This document shows positions 51,509 through 61,097 of a stretch of 64,000 bases of DNA, in pieces (position 1 is the first letter of the stretch; the number at the start of each line of letters is the position of its first letter). Source of the DNA: Candidatus Allofournierella excrementigallinarum (GTDB lineage Bacteria; Bacillota; Clostridia; Oscillospirales; Ruminococcaceae); NCBI GenBank assembly GCA_019119025.1, contig DWXV01000039.1, positions 11,051 through 75,050 of the forward strand, written 5' to 3'. The notes beneath the pieces are model-generated. The model saw nothing but the letters and a program-made list of their open reading frames with translations, had not been told where the DNA came from and searched no databases. The position numbers and the translations under genes are program-made.

Positions 51509-52780
51509 ATGCTGGCAACCATCCATCCCGGCCCCATCGGGGGCGTTGTGGCCGCGCCCCCCTCCAAAAGCATCGCCCACCGCACGGTGCTGGCGGCGGG
51601 GCTGGCGAAGGGGCTTTCCCGCATTTACAACCTCGACCCCAGCCAGGACATCGCCGCCACCCTGGCGGCGGTGCGGGCCTTCGGCGCAAAGGTGAAGCTC
51701 ACCGAGCGCTACGCCGACATCGAGGGCCGGGGCGGCTTTGCCACCATCCTGCGCCCGGTGGACTGCGGCGAGAGCGGCAGCGCCCTGCGCTTTCTGGTGC
51801 CGGTGCTCAGCCTCACCGGCCAGCAGGTGGAATTCACCGGCAGAGGGCGCCTCTTCCAGCGGCCGATGGACGTTTACCGGGACATCTTCGCCGCCCAGGG
51901 GCTGCTTTTCTCCCAAAGCGACAAGGGCCTTGTCATCCGGGGCCGCCTTGCCCCCGGCGACTACCGGGTGCGGGGGGATGTGTCCAGCCAGTTCATCACC
52001 GGCCTTTTGTACGCCCTGCCCCTGCTTCATAAGGAGAGCCGGCTGGAGATCGTGCCCCCCTTCGAGAGCCGCAGCTATGTGCAGCTTACCCTGGACGTGC
52101 TGCGCGATTTCGGCGTGGCCGCCGGCTGGGACGAAGAACGGGAGAACACCCTTTATATCCCCGGCGGCCAGCGGTATCACAACCGCAGCTGCACCGTGGA
52201 GGGCGACTACAGCCAGGCCGCCTTCCTGGCGGTGCTGGGCGCGCTGGCGGGCGGCGTGACGGTGACGGGCCTCAAAGAAAATTCCGCCCAGGGCGACGCG
52301 GCCATTCTGGACATCCTGCAAGCCTGCGGCGCAAAGTTCACCCGCACGGGCGACGCCGTCGCCTTTGAAAAAAGCGAACTGCACGCCACAGAGATCGACC
52401 TGGCCGACTGCCCCGACCTTGGCCCCATCCTGATGGTGCTGGGCCTCTTCTGCGAGGGGGAGACGGTCATCCGCAACGCCGGGCGGCTGCGCATCAAGGA
52501 GAGCGACCGCATTGCCGCCATGGAAGAAGAACTGCGCAAATTCGGCGGCAAGCTGCAAAGCGACGAGACCACCGTCACCATCCAGGGCTCCGCCCTGGCG
52601 CTGCCGGGCCTGCTCTGCGGCCACAACGACCACCGGGTGGTGATGGCCCTGTCCGTCGCGGCGCTGGCCGCGGGCTACACCGCCCGCATCTCCGGCGCCC
52701 AGGCGGTGGCCAAAAGCTGGCCGGGATTCTTCGCTACGCTCCAGCAGCTGGGCGCGGGCATCGAGGTGGAAAAGGAATGA
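51509..52780 (+). CDS. aroA: 3-phosphoshikimate 1-carboxyvinyltransferase (EPSP synthase)
   Basis: PPSKSIAHRTVLAAGLA, GESGSALRFL, DHRVVMALSVAAL. Confidence 0.93.
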   Translation: MLATIHPGPIGGVVAAPPSKSIAHRTVLAAGLAKGLSRIYNLDPSQDIAATLAAVRAFGAKVKLTERYADIEGRGGFATILRPVDCGESGSALRFLVPVLSLTGQQVEFTGRGRLFQRPMDVYRDIFAAQGLLFSQSDKGLVIRGRLAPGDYRVRGDVSSQFITGLLYALPLLHKESRLEIVPPFESRSYVQLTLDVLRDFGVAAGWDEERENTLYIPGGQRYHNRSCTVEGDYSQAAFLAVLGALAGGVTVTGLKENSAQGDAAILDILQACGAKFTRTGDAVAFEKSELHATEIDLADCPDLGPILMVLGLFCEGETVIRNAGRLRIKESDRIAAMEEELRKFGGKLQSDETTVTIQGSALALPGLLCGHNDHRVVMALSVAALAAGYTARISGAQAVAKSWPGFFATLQQLGAGIEVEKE

Positions 52781-53643
52781 ACCAGCAAAGCCGTTTCGTC
52801 ATCGTGGGCCTGGGCCTTTTGGGCGGTGCCTACGCCCTGGGCCTGCGCAGGGCGGGCTTTGAGCATGTGGCCGCCATCGACCTGAAAGAAGAGGCCCTCG
52901 CCTTCGCCAAGGAAAAGGGCTACATCGAAGAGGGCCGCGCCGAGGGCTTTGAAACCCTGCTGGAAAAGGCCGATCATGTCATTTTTTCGTTGTATCCAAC
53001 CGCATTTATACAATGGGTAGAAAAATATGGCGCGCTTTTGCCCGCCGGTTGCCTTTGCACCGATGTGTCCGGCGTGAAGGCGGGGCTGGTGGAAAAGGTG
53101 CAGGCGCTGCTGCCCGAAGGGGTGGAATTCATCGCCAGCCACCCCATGGCGGGCAGGGAGCGCAGCGGGGTGGAACACGCCCATCTGGTGGATTTTTCCC
53201 CGGCGAACTTCCTCATCACCCCCACCGAAAAGAACACCGAGGCGGGGGTGGCCTTTGCCCGCGCCCTGGCAAAGGCGCTGGGCTTTGCCCACATCCACGT
53301 CATCAGCCCGGAAGAGCATGACCGGATGATCGGCTATGTGAGCCAGCTGACCCACGCCATCGCGGTGAGCTTGATGTGCGCCCCCAACGCCGAGCGCTTT
53401 GCCGACTACACCGGCGACTCCTTCCGGGACCTGACCCGCATCGCCTATCTGAACGCCCCCATGTGGGCGGAGCTGTTTTTGTGGAACCGGCAAAGCCTTG
53501 TGGAGGAGATCGACGCCTTCACCGCCCGGCTGCAGCAGCTGAAAGGCTATCTGCAAAAGGGGCGGCGGGAGGAGCTGGAGGCGATGTTCCGGGCCTCCTC
53601 GGCGGCCCGCGCCGCCTTTGACAAAAAAGAGAAGGAGGGGTGA
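52777..53643 (+). CDS. tyrA: prephenate dehydrogenase
   Basis: Rossmann IVGLGLLGGAYALGL, HPMAG motif. Overlaps the aroA stop. Confidence 0.9.
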   Translation: MNQQSRFVIVGLGLLGGAYALGLRRAGFEHVAAIDLKEEALAFAKEKGYIEEGRAEGFETLLEKADHVIFSLYPTAFIQWVEKYGALLPAGCLCTDVSGVKAGLVEKVQALLPEGVEFIASHPMAGRERSGVEHAHLVDFSPANFLITPTEKNTEAGVAFARALAKALGFAHIHVISPEEHDRMIGYVSQLTHAIAVSLMCAPNAERFADYTGDSFRDLTRIAYLNAPMWAELFLWNRQSLVEEIDAFTARLQQLKGYLQKGRREELEAMFRASSAARAAFDKKEKEG

Positions 53644-53646
53644 ACC

Positions 53647-54635
53647 ATGCCCCGCGCGGAAGGTCAGAAGGGGAAGATCCTCCTTCTGCTGCGCATCCTC
53701 GAGCGATACACCGACGAGGAGCATCTCATCAGCGTGCCCCGCATCCTGGAGCTGCTGGAGGCCCAGGGCGTGCCCGCCGAGCGCAAAAGCGTTTATTCCG
53801 ACATCCAGACGCTGCAGGAACTGGGCTACGACATCGTGCTGCAGCGGGGCCGCTGCGGCGGCTACTATCTGGCCAGCCGCCAGTTTCAGCTGCCGGAATT
53901 GAAGCTGCTGGCGGACGCGGTGCAGGCCAGCCGGTTCATCACCCGCAAAAAGAGCGACCAGCTCATCCGCACGCTGGCTCAGTTCGCCAGCGACTGGCAG
54001 GCGGCGGACTTAAAACGGCAGGTGTTCGCCTCCAGCCGCATCAAGACCATGAACGAAAGCATCTACTACAACGTGGACGCGCTGCACCGGGCCATCGCCG
54101 AGGACAAGCAGGTGCGCTTTGTCTACCAGGAGTGGGATTTGAACAAGCGCAAGGTGGCCCGCCGGGGCGGCAGCGCCTATCAGGTGAGCCCCTGGGCCCT
54201 TTTGTGGGAGGACGAAAACTACTATCTGGTGGCCTGGGCCAAGGGCCAGGGCCTGCGCCACTACCGGGTGGACAAGATGGCCTCCATCGCCCTGCTGAAC
54301 GCCCCCCGCCAGGGCGCGGCGGACTATGACCCCAAACAGATGCAGGACTATGCAAAGCCCATGTTCCAGATGTACGCCGGGCCGGTGAAGCGGGTGCAGC
54401 TTGCCTGTGACAACAGCGTCATCGGCCCCATGCTGGACCGGTTCGGCACCGACGTGACGGTGACGCCCCAGCCGGACGGCGCCACCTTCCATCTTTACGC
54501 CGACGTGGCGGTGAGCCCCACCTTCTACGGCTGGGTGTGCGGATTTTCCGGCAAGGTGCGCATCGTGGCCCCCGCCGAGGTGAAAGAGGACTTCTGCCGC
54601 ACCCTGCGCAGCCTTGCCGCCGCCGAGGAGGCGCT

Positions 54636-54639
<4 letters not shown>
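53647..54639 (+). CDS. HTH + WYL domain transcriptional regulator
   Basis: N-terminal winged HTH (KILLLLRILERYTDEEHLISVPRILELL). WYL-like core NYYLVAWAKGQGLRHYRVDKM. C-terminal extension. Confidence 0.7.
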
Positions 54640-55694
<1,055 letters not shown>

Positions 55695-55708
55695 CGCACA
55701 ATTTCTGG

Positions 55709-55737
55709 TTGTAATCTGGCTTTTCGCGGGCTATAAT
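55709..55737 (+). promoter_or_regulatory. promoter of the small membrane protein gene
   Basis: TTGTAA (55709-14), 17 nt spacer, TATAAT (55732-37). Confidence 0.6.
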
Positions 55738-55801
55738 AAAGGTAATCACTTTGGAGACCGTGCCCCCCGACGGGGCAGCCAAAATAAAGGAGGTATCTTC
55801 C

Positions 55802-56002
55802 ATGAAACAATCCACCTTTGCCGCGCTGGTGCTGATGCTGGCCGCCGCCGTGGGCGCCCTGACCGCCGCCTGGCTGTATGTGCGCCGCCGGGAGAAGGAG
55901 CTGGACGAGTACGAGCAGCTGCTGTTCAGCGAGGACCTGGACGAGGAGGAAGCGCCCGCCGGGGACGCTGCCGCCCCCGCCGCCGAGCCCGACGCCGAAT
56001 AA
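55802..56002 (+). CDS. small membrane protein with acidic C-terminal tail (66 aa)
   Basis: RBS AAGGAGG. TM FAALVLMLAAAVGALTAAWLY followed by RRREKELDEYEQLLFSEDLDEEE. Confidence 0.6.
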   Translation: MKQSTFAALVLMLAAAVGALTAAWLYVRRREKELDEYEQLLFSEDLDEEEAPAGDAAAPAAEPDAE

Positions 56003-56011
56003 ACCCAGATC

Positions 56012-56054
56012 AAACCGCGGACGGAAAAACTTTCCGTCCGCGGTTTTTGTTTTG
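56012..56054 (+). terminator. strong rho-independent terminator
   Basis: AAACCGCGGACGGAAA-AAC-TTTCCGTCCGCGGTTT followed by TTGTTTT. Confidence 0.9.
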
Positions 56055-56061
56055 CCCTTTT

Positions 56062-56090
56062 TTGCCCTTTTCGCCCCTTTGTGGTATAAT
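56062..56090 (+). promoter_or_regulatory. promoter of the LytM-domain gene pair
   Basis: TTGCCC (56062-67), 17 nt spacer, TATAAT (56085-90) with TGG extended -10. Confidence 0.6.
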
Positions 56091-56169
56091 GCGGTTATGC
56101 ATGCCCCAAAAACCGGGGCGAAGCTGTTCCCGGGCCTTTTTCGGCCCGCTGTGAAAGGAGGCGCAGGGC

Positions 56170-57447
56170 ATGAAGCGCGCGCTGCTCTGGCTTTTGATGG
56201 TCCTTGTGTTCACCGCCCTGGTGCTGGGCGGCGCCCTGGGCTTTTTCTACTATTCCACCGACGCAGACGACCTGCCCGCCAGCGGGGTGACCTTCGCGGG
56301 GCAGCTTCTCACCATGCCTGCCGGTTTTGATTGGAAGCTGCCTGTGCTGGGGGGCGTTTTGTGGCGGGAGTTTTCCTTGAGCCCCATCCTTCCCAGCCTG
56401 GAGCTGGAGCCCATCACCACCCCCTCGGCGGCGCTGGAGCTTTCGGAGGACATGACCGCCGGCGGCACCACCCTGCTGTTAAAGACCGCCGGCGGCGTGA
56501 CGGTGTTTGACGGCACCGCCAGCGAATGGAAGGACTTCACCTTCCCCCAAAACGGCGAATACTACCTCACCATCCGGGCGGGGCGGCAGGCATCCGGCCA
56601 AAAGCCCGCAAAGCCGGTGGGCTATTACCAGTATCAGTGCCGCTTCTGGGTGGACGTGCAGCCCACCCTCACCCTGCCCTCCGGCCAGGCGGCCCAGGGG
56701 GATGTGGCGGCCATCTATGTGTCCGGGGCGCTGGGCGCGGGCGGCGCGCCCCCCACGGCCCAGTGCGAGCTGGGGCCGGTGTGGTTCCGGCCCACCCAAA
56801 ACGGCTGGCTGGGCTATCTGCCGGTGGCCTACAACGCCGAGGGCGGCGAATGGCCCATCACCGTGACGCTGGACGACGCGACCCTTTCCGCCACCATCAC
56901 GGTGCGCAGCACGGAGTACCCCTCTGTCCAGGCCTCCCCCGGCGAGGCGGCCACCGCCGGGGCCAATGAAGAGTTCCGCCGGGTGATCTGGAGCCTCTAC
57001 GGCCAGGGCTCCAATGAGGCGCTCTGGACCGGCGCGTTCCAGTATCCCGCCCAGGGGGCCAGCATTTTTCAAAGCTACGGCGCATATCTCTACGACGGCG
57101 AAACGTCTGCCGGGCGGGCGGCCAACCTGACGCTGCTCACCCCGGAGAACGCCCTGGCGGTGAGCCCGGCGGCGGGCCGGGTGGCCTATGCGGGCAACCT
57201 GCAGCTCACCGGCAGCACGGTGGTCATCGACCACGGCTGCGGGATGAAGAGCTATCTCTTCGGCCTTTCCAGCATCGCAGGCATCAAGACCGGCGACGAG
57301 GTGGCCGCCGGGCAGGGGCTGGGCGTGGCCGGGCGCAAGCTCATCTGGGAAGTGCGCATCGGCAACAAGAGCGTGGACCCCCAAAAGCTGACCCGGGGGG
57401 GCAGCAACGGCCTGTTCTACCGCCCGGTGGGCGATGAACTCCGCTGA
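56170..57447 (+). CDS. membrane-anchored LytM (M23) domain protein, metal ligands degenerate
   Basis: N-terminal TM. C-terminal M23 fold (AAGRVAYAG...TVVIDHGCGMKSYLFGL...GDEVAAGQGLG), but HxxxD is absent and HLH is replaced by KLI. Confidence 0.75.
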   Translation: MKRALLWLLMVLVFTALVLGGALGFFYYSTDADDLPASGVTFAGQLLTMPAGFDWKLPVLGGVLWREFSLSPILPSLELEPITTPSAALELSEDMTAGGTTLLLKTAGGVTVFDGTASEWKDFTFPQNGEYYLTIRAGRQASGQKPAKPVGYYQYQCRFWVDVQPTLTLPSGQAAQGDVAAIYVSGALGAGGAPPTAQCELGPVWFRPTQNGWLGYLPVAYNAEGGEWPITVTLDDATLSATITVRSTEYPSVQASPGEAATAGANEEFRRVIWSLYGQGSNEALWTGAFQYPAQGASIFQSYGAYLYDGETSAGRAANLTLLTPENALAVSPAAGRVAYAGNLQLTGSTVVIDHGCGMKSYLFGLSSIAGIKTGDEVAAGQGLGVAGRKLIWEVRIGNKSVDPQKLTRGGSNGLFYRPVGDELR

Positions 57448-57532
57448 AAGACAAAACAGCCCCTGCCCCGCGCCGCGGGGCAGGGGCGAGGGCGGCTCGC
57501 CGCGGGCCGCCGCTGATGTGAGGTGAACCATT

Positions 57533-58831
57533 TTGCAGGACATCCTGAAAGCCGTGGGCAAATGGCTGGCGCTGGTGGCGGTGCTGGTGGCGGTGCTGCT
57601 GGGCGCGGCCCTGGGCTTTATGTACACGCAGGTGAATGTGGGCGACCTGCCCGCCTATGCCGTGACCTTCGGCGGCGGCGCGCTGCCCCAGACCGGCTAC
57701 CAGTGGAAGGTGCCCATCGCGGGCAACTGGCTGGCCCGCACCCTCAGCGAGGAGGGCGAGGCCGCCGACCTGGGCGAGGTGACCGACGGCCACCCGGCCC
57801 TGGCGCTGCCCGCCGGCACCGAAGGCCGGCTGACCATCACCGACGAGGCGGGCGAAACAGTGTTTGAGGGCGACGCCGCCGAATACGCCGATTTTTCCTT
57901 TGGCAAAAACGGCAGCTATTCCGCCCGGCTGACGGTGAGCCCCCAGGTGAACGAGCTGAACCCCTCCACCAAAATGGAGGGCTTCTGCCTTTATGACTTC
58001 ACCTTCCAGCTGCGGGCCCAGCCCACCCTCACCCTCTCCCACACCAGCATGGTGCAGGGCGGCGTGATCGGGGTGAAGCTGACCGGCGTGGTGGGTGACG
58101 CAACCCCCATCCTTTCCTGCGAGCTGGCCCCGGCGGTGTTCACCTACCACGACAATGCCTGGATCAGCTACATCCCCGTGGACTACAACCAGTTTGGCGG
58201 CGACTACGAGATCACCGCCACGGTGGACGGCCAGACGGTGAGCGCCTCGGTGTACATCTACGGCCGCGAGAACCGGGAGCTGGACACCTACACCATCGAC
58301 GGCTCGGCGGCCATCCCTTACATGGCCTCCATCCCCAGCCAGCTGGAGGATGTGATGAGCATCTGCGACCCGGACGTCTACTGGGACGGCGCCTTCACCC
58401 AGCCGGTGGACGGCAAGGTGGTGCGTGACTACGCCGTGCTGGAATACACCGACCGCATCGACGAGCTGACCCTCTCCATCTACCCGGAGCTGGCGGTGCT
58501 GAACGAGGCCATCGCGCCCCGGCGCAGCGTCAACGTGACCATGGCCGTGACCCCTGGCAAAAAGGTGCTCAGCCCCGCGGCAGGCCGGGTGGTCTATGCG
58601 GGCACCACCAGCGGCGGCGGGCGCACGGTGGTCATCGAGCACGGCTGCGGCCTCAAGAGCATCCTCTATCTGCTGGGCCGCATCGACGTGAGCGAGGGCG
58701 AGTATGTGGCCCAGAACGATGTGCTGGGCACCACCCAGGGCCACATCATCTGCGAGATGCGCCTTTACGACATCCCCATCAGCCCCTGGGAGGCCTGGCG
58801 CGGCCAGGGCGCCCTGATGTGGCAGGGTTGA
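57533..58831 (+). CDS. membrane-anchored LytM (M23) domain protein, paralog of the previous gene, metal ligands degenerate
   Basis: Same architecture as the previous gene. AAGRVVYAG...TVVIEHGCGLKSILYLL...GEYVAQNDVLG. HxxxD absent, HxH reduced to HII. TTG start behind GAGGTGA. Confidence 0.75.
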   Translation: MQDILKAVGKWLALVAVLVAVLLGAALGFMYTQVNVGDLPAYAVTFGGGALPQTGYQWKVPIAGNWLARTLSEEGEAADLGEVTDGHPALALPAGTEGRLTITDEAGETVFEGDAAEYADFSFGKNGSYSARLTVSPQVNELNPSTKMEGFCLYDFTFQLRAQPTLTLSHTSMVQGGVIGVKLTGVVGDATPILSCELAPAVFTYHDNAWISYIPVDYNQFGGDYEITATVDGQTVSASVYIYGRENRELDTYTIDGSAAIPYMASIPSQLEDVMSICDPDVYWDGAFTQPVDGKVVRDYAVLEYTDRIDELTLSIYPELAVLNEAIAPRRSVNVTMAVTPGKKVLSPAAGRVVYAGTTSGGGRTVVIEHGCGLKSILYLLGRIDVSEGEYVAQNDVLGTTQGHIICEMRLYDIPISPWEAWRGQGALMWQG

Positions 58832-58887
58832 GCAGGGCCGCTTTGCAGCGCGGGGGGTCCGTTCGATCGCCCAGACGTTCCACTGCT

Positions 58888-58933
58888 GAAAAACTCCCGG
58901 CGCGGTGATTCCACCGTGCCGGGAGTTTGTTTG
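58888..58933. terminator. bidirectional terminator between convergent operons
   Basis: ACTCCCGGCGCGGTG-ATTC-CACCGTGCCGGGAGT flanked by an A-run and a T-run. Confidence 0.8.
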
Positions 58934-59024
58934 TCCCGATTTTATACCATTTGTATTGATTGAACGAAACAATACAAAATTGCCAGGGCCGTTTCTCTTT
59001 TGGCAGAGCTCCGCGTCTTTTTGT

Positions 59025-61094
59025 TCATTCGTCCAGTTCAAAATCTCCCGGCCGCAGCTCGTCCAGCGCGGCGTCCGGCTGGGCGGCCAGCCGCCGCCCC
59101 TGGTTCAGGATGGCCGCCTCCAGCGTGTTGCGGGCAAGGCGGCCGTTGCCGTTTTCGGCGGCGTTTTCCGCCTGCTTGCGGTCGTAATAGGCCAGAAGAG
59201 GCCCGTCGCAGTCCTCGGTCAGCCGGTAGCCCTTGCCCTTTGCGGTGAGCTTTGTGATGGCCAGCAGTTCGGCCCCTGTGTAGTCCGGGAATTCGATCTT
59301 GTTGGGGAAGCGGCTGCGCAGGCCGCTGTTCGCCTCCAGAAATTCCTCCATCTCCCTGGTGTAGCCCGCCAGGATGACCACCAGCTCGTTTCGGTGGTCC
59401 TCCATGCCTTTCACCAGCGTGTCGATGGCCTCCAGGCCGAAGGTGTCCTGCTCGCCGCGCCAGAGGGAATAGGCCTCGTCGATGAAAAGCACGCCCCCCA
59501 ATGCGGATTGGAGCACCTTCTGGGTCAGGGGCGCTGTGTGGCCCACATAGCGGCCCACCAGGTCCGCCCGGCTCACCTCCACCAGCTGCCCGCCGGAGAG
59601 CGCGCCGATGGCCTTGAGGTATCTGCCCACCAGCCGGGCGATGGTGGTCTTGCCGGTGCCGGGGTTGCCGGTGAAGATCATGTGCATGGAAACGCCCGCC
59701 GTCTTCATGCCGGCGGCGGCCCGCCGCCGCTGGACGGCGATGGCGTCCTCCAGCCGCAGCACATAGTCCTTCACTTCGTCCAGGCCGATGATGCGGTCCA
59801 TCTCGGCCTTCACTTTTTCCAGGTCGGCGGTGTATTCCCCGGGCAAAACAGCCAGCAGGTCGGTCTGTTCCCCGCCGTCGAAGACGGCCAGCACCTGCCC
59901 CCCCTCCCCCGCTTTCAGGGCGACGGCGGCGGCTTTGCGCCCCCGCAGCTTGTGCTCCGCCAGGGCGGCGAAGCACTTCTCACAGAACTCGGCCAGCCGG
60001 CCCACTCCCGCTTCGCCCTTTTGGGCGACCAGGTCCGCCAGGCCCCCGCCGGCCACGGTGAGGGTCCAGCCCAGCCGCTCTTTGGTCTTGCGGGCCAGCT
60101 CGTTCAGCTGCCGCCCGGCGATGGTCAGCAGCTCTTCCCGGCTGAAGGCAGGGGCCTCGCATTCGTCCCCCACCGCGGTGGCGAAGGCCGCGCCCAGCAG
60201 CCCCGCCAGTTTGTTTTTTCCGCCGGGGCAGAGGAACACGAGATACTTGTCTTTCGCGCTCAGAGACCCCACCGCGCCGGGGGCCAGGGCGGTGCCGGTC
60301 TCCACCAGCAGACCCTTTTGCAGCACATAGCGGCTGGCCAGCCGGGCGCTGCCGCTCACCGCCAGCTGGGCCAGCAGGGCCAGGCACCCCGGGTGGCACT
60401 GCTCCGCGTTTTCAAAGGCCAGCACCGGGTCGGGCCCGGCCAGCACGGCATAAAGGTCCTGCAAAAAAAGCTTTTCCTGAGCCGGGCTGCCGTAGAGGGC
60501 AAGGTCCATCCAGGCGACGCCCCCGGCCAGCAGGCCCTCGTCCTTCAAAGCCTGCACCGTTTGGGTGAGGGCGAAGTGCCGCCCCCGGCCCGCTTTGCCG
60601 GACAAAACGATGACGTTGCGGGGCTTTTCCCCCCCTTCGCCCAGCACGAAGGGCCGGCGGAAGGCCGCCAGCAGCGCGGCGCTAAACTCCTGCCGCCCCG
60701 CAAGCGCGGCCTGCTGGCGCTTTGCCGCCGCCTCAAAGGCGGCGTCGGTGTTTTGGGGCACGGGGATCGCGGCCCGGCTTTGAGCCGGGGTGAGCAGGCC
60801 GTCCTGCTCCATTTCCCGGGCAAGGCCCTGGCCCAAGCGGCTTATCTCCCGGCTTTGGGCTTCCAGGCGCTTTGTCAGCTCCTCGCTGTTCTGCAAAAGG
60901 CGCGCGGCGTCGGCGCGCCGGGCCGCCTCGGCGGCAGCCTGGGTGCGGCTCGCCGCTTCTTCCAGCTTTTTCTGGGCGGCGGCAAAGTCCTCGTCCGCCG
61001 CCGGGCGCTTTTCAGCGCCCGCCCCGCCGCGAAAGCGCCCGCCGGGGCCGAACACCCCGTTCATCAGGTCTTCCCAATCGGTGCTGCCGGCCAT
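59025..61094 (-). CDS. SpoVK/CbxX/EccA-type AAA+ ATPase with long N-terminal coiled-coil and degenerate P-loop domain
   Basis: C-terminal module MIFTGNPGTGKTTIARLVG (Walker A), GVLFIDEAYSL (Walker B), NSGLRSRFPNKIEFPDY. Upstream pseudo-P-loop VLSGKAGRGRH. RBS AAGGAGGAG lies inside the preceding ORF. Confidence 0.85.
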   Translation of the reverse strand: MAGSTDWEDLMNGVFGPGGRFRGGAGAEKRPAADEDFAAAQKKLEEAASRTQAAAEAARRADAARLLQNSEELTKRLEAQSREISRLGQGLAREMEQDGLLTPAQSRAAIPVPQNTDAAFEAAAKRQQAALAGRQEFSAALLAAFRRPFVLGEGGEKPRNVIVLSGKAGRGRHFALTQTVQALKDEGLLAGGVAWMDLALYGSPAQEKLFLQDLYAVLAGPDPVLAFENAEQCHPGCLALLAQLAVSGSARLASRYVLQKGLLVETGTALAPGAVGSLSAKDKYLVFLCPGGKNKLAGLLGAAFATAVGDECEAPAFSREELLTIAGRQLNELARKTKERLGWTLTVAGGGLADLVAQKGEAGVGRLAEFCEKCFAALAEHKLRGRKAAAVALKAGEGGQVLAVFDGGEQTDLLAVLPGEYTADLEKVKAEMDRIIGLDEVKDYVLRLEDAIAVQRRRAAAGMKTAGVSMHMIFTGNPGTGKTTIARLVGRYLKAIGALSGGQLVEVSRADLVGRYVGHTAPLTQKVLQSALGGVLFIDEAYSLWRGEQDTFGLEAIDTLVKGMEDHRNELVVILAGYTREMEEFLEANSGLRSRFPNKIEFPDYTGAELLAITKLTAKGKGYRLTEDCDGPLLAYYDRKQAENAAENGNGRLARNTLEAAILNQGRRLAAQPDAALDELRPGDFELDE

Positions 61095-61097
61095 GGG

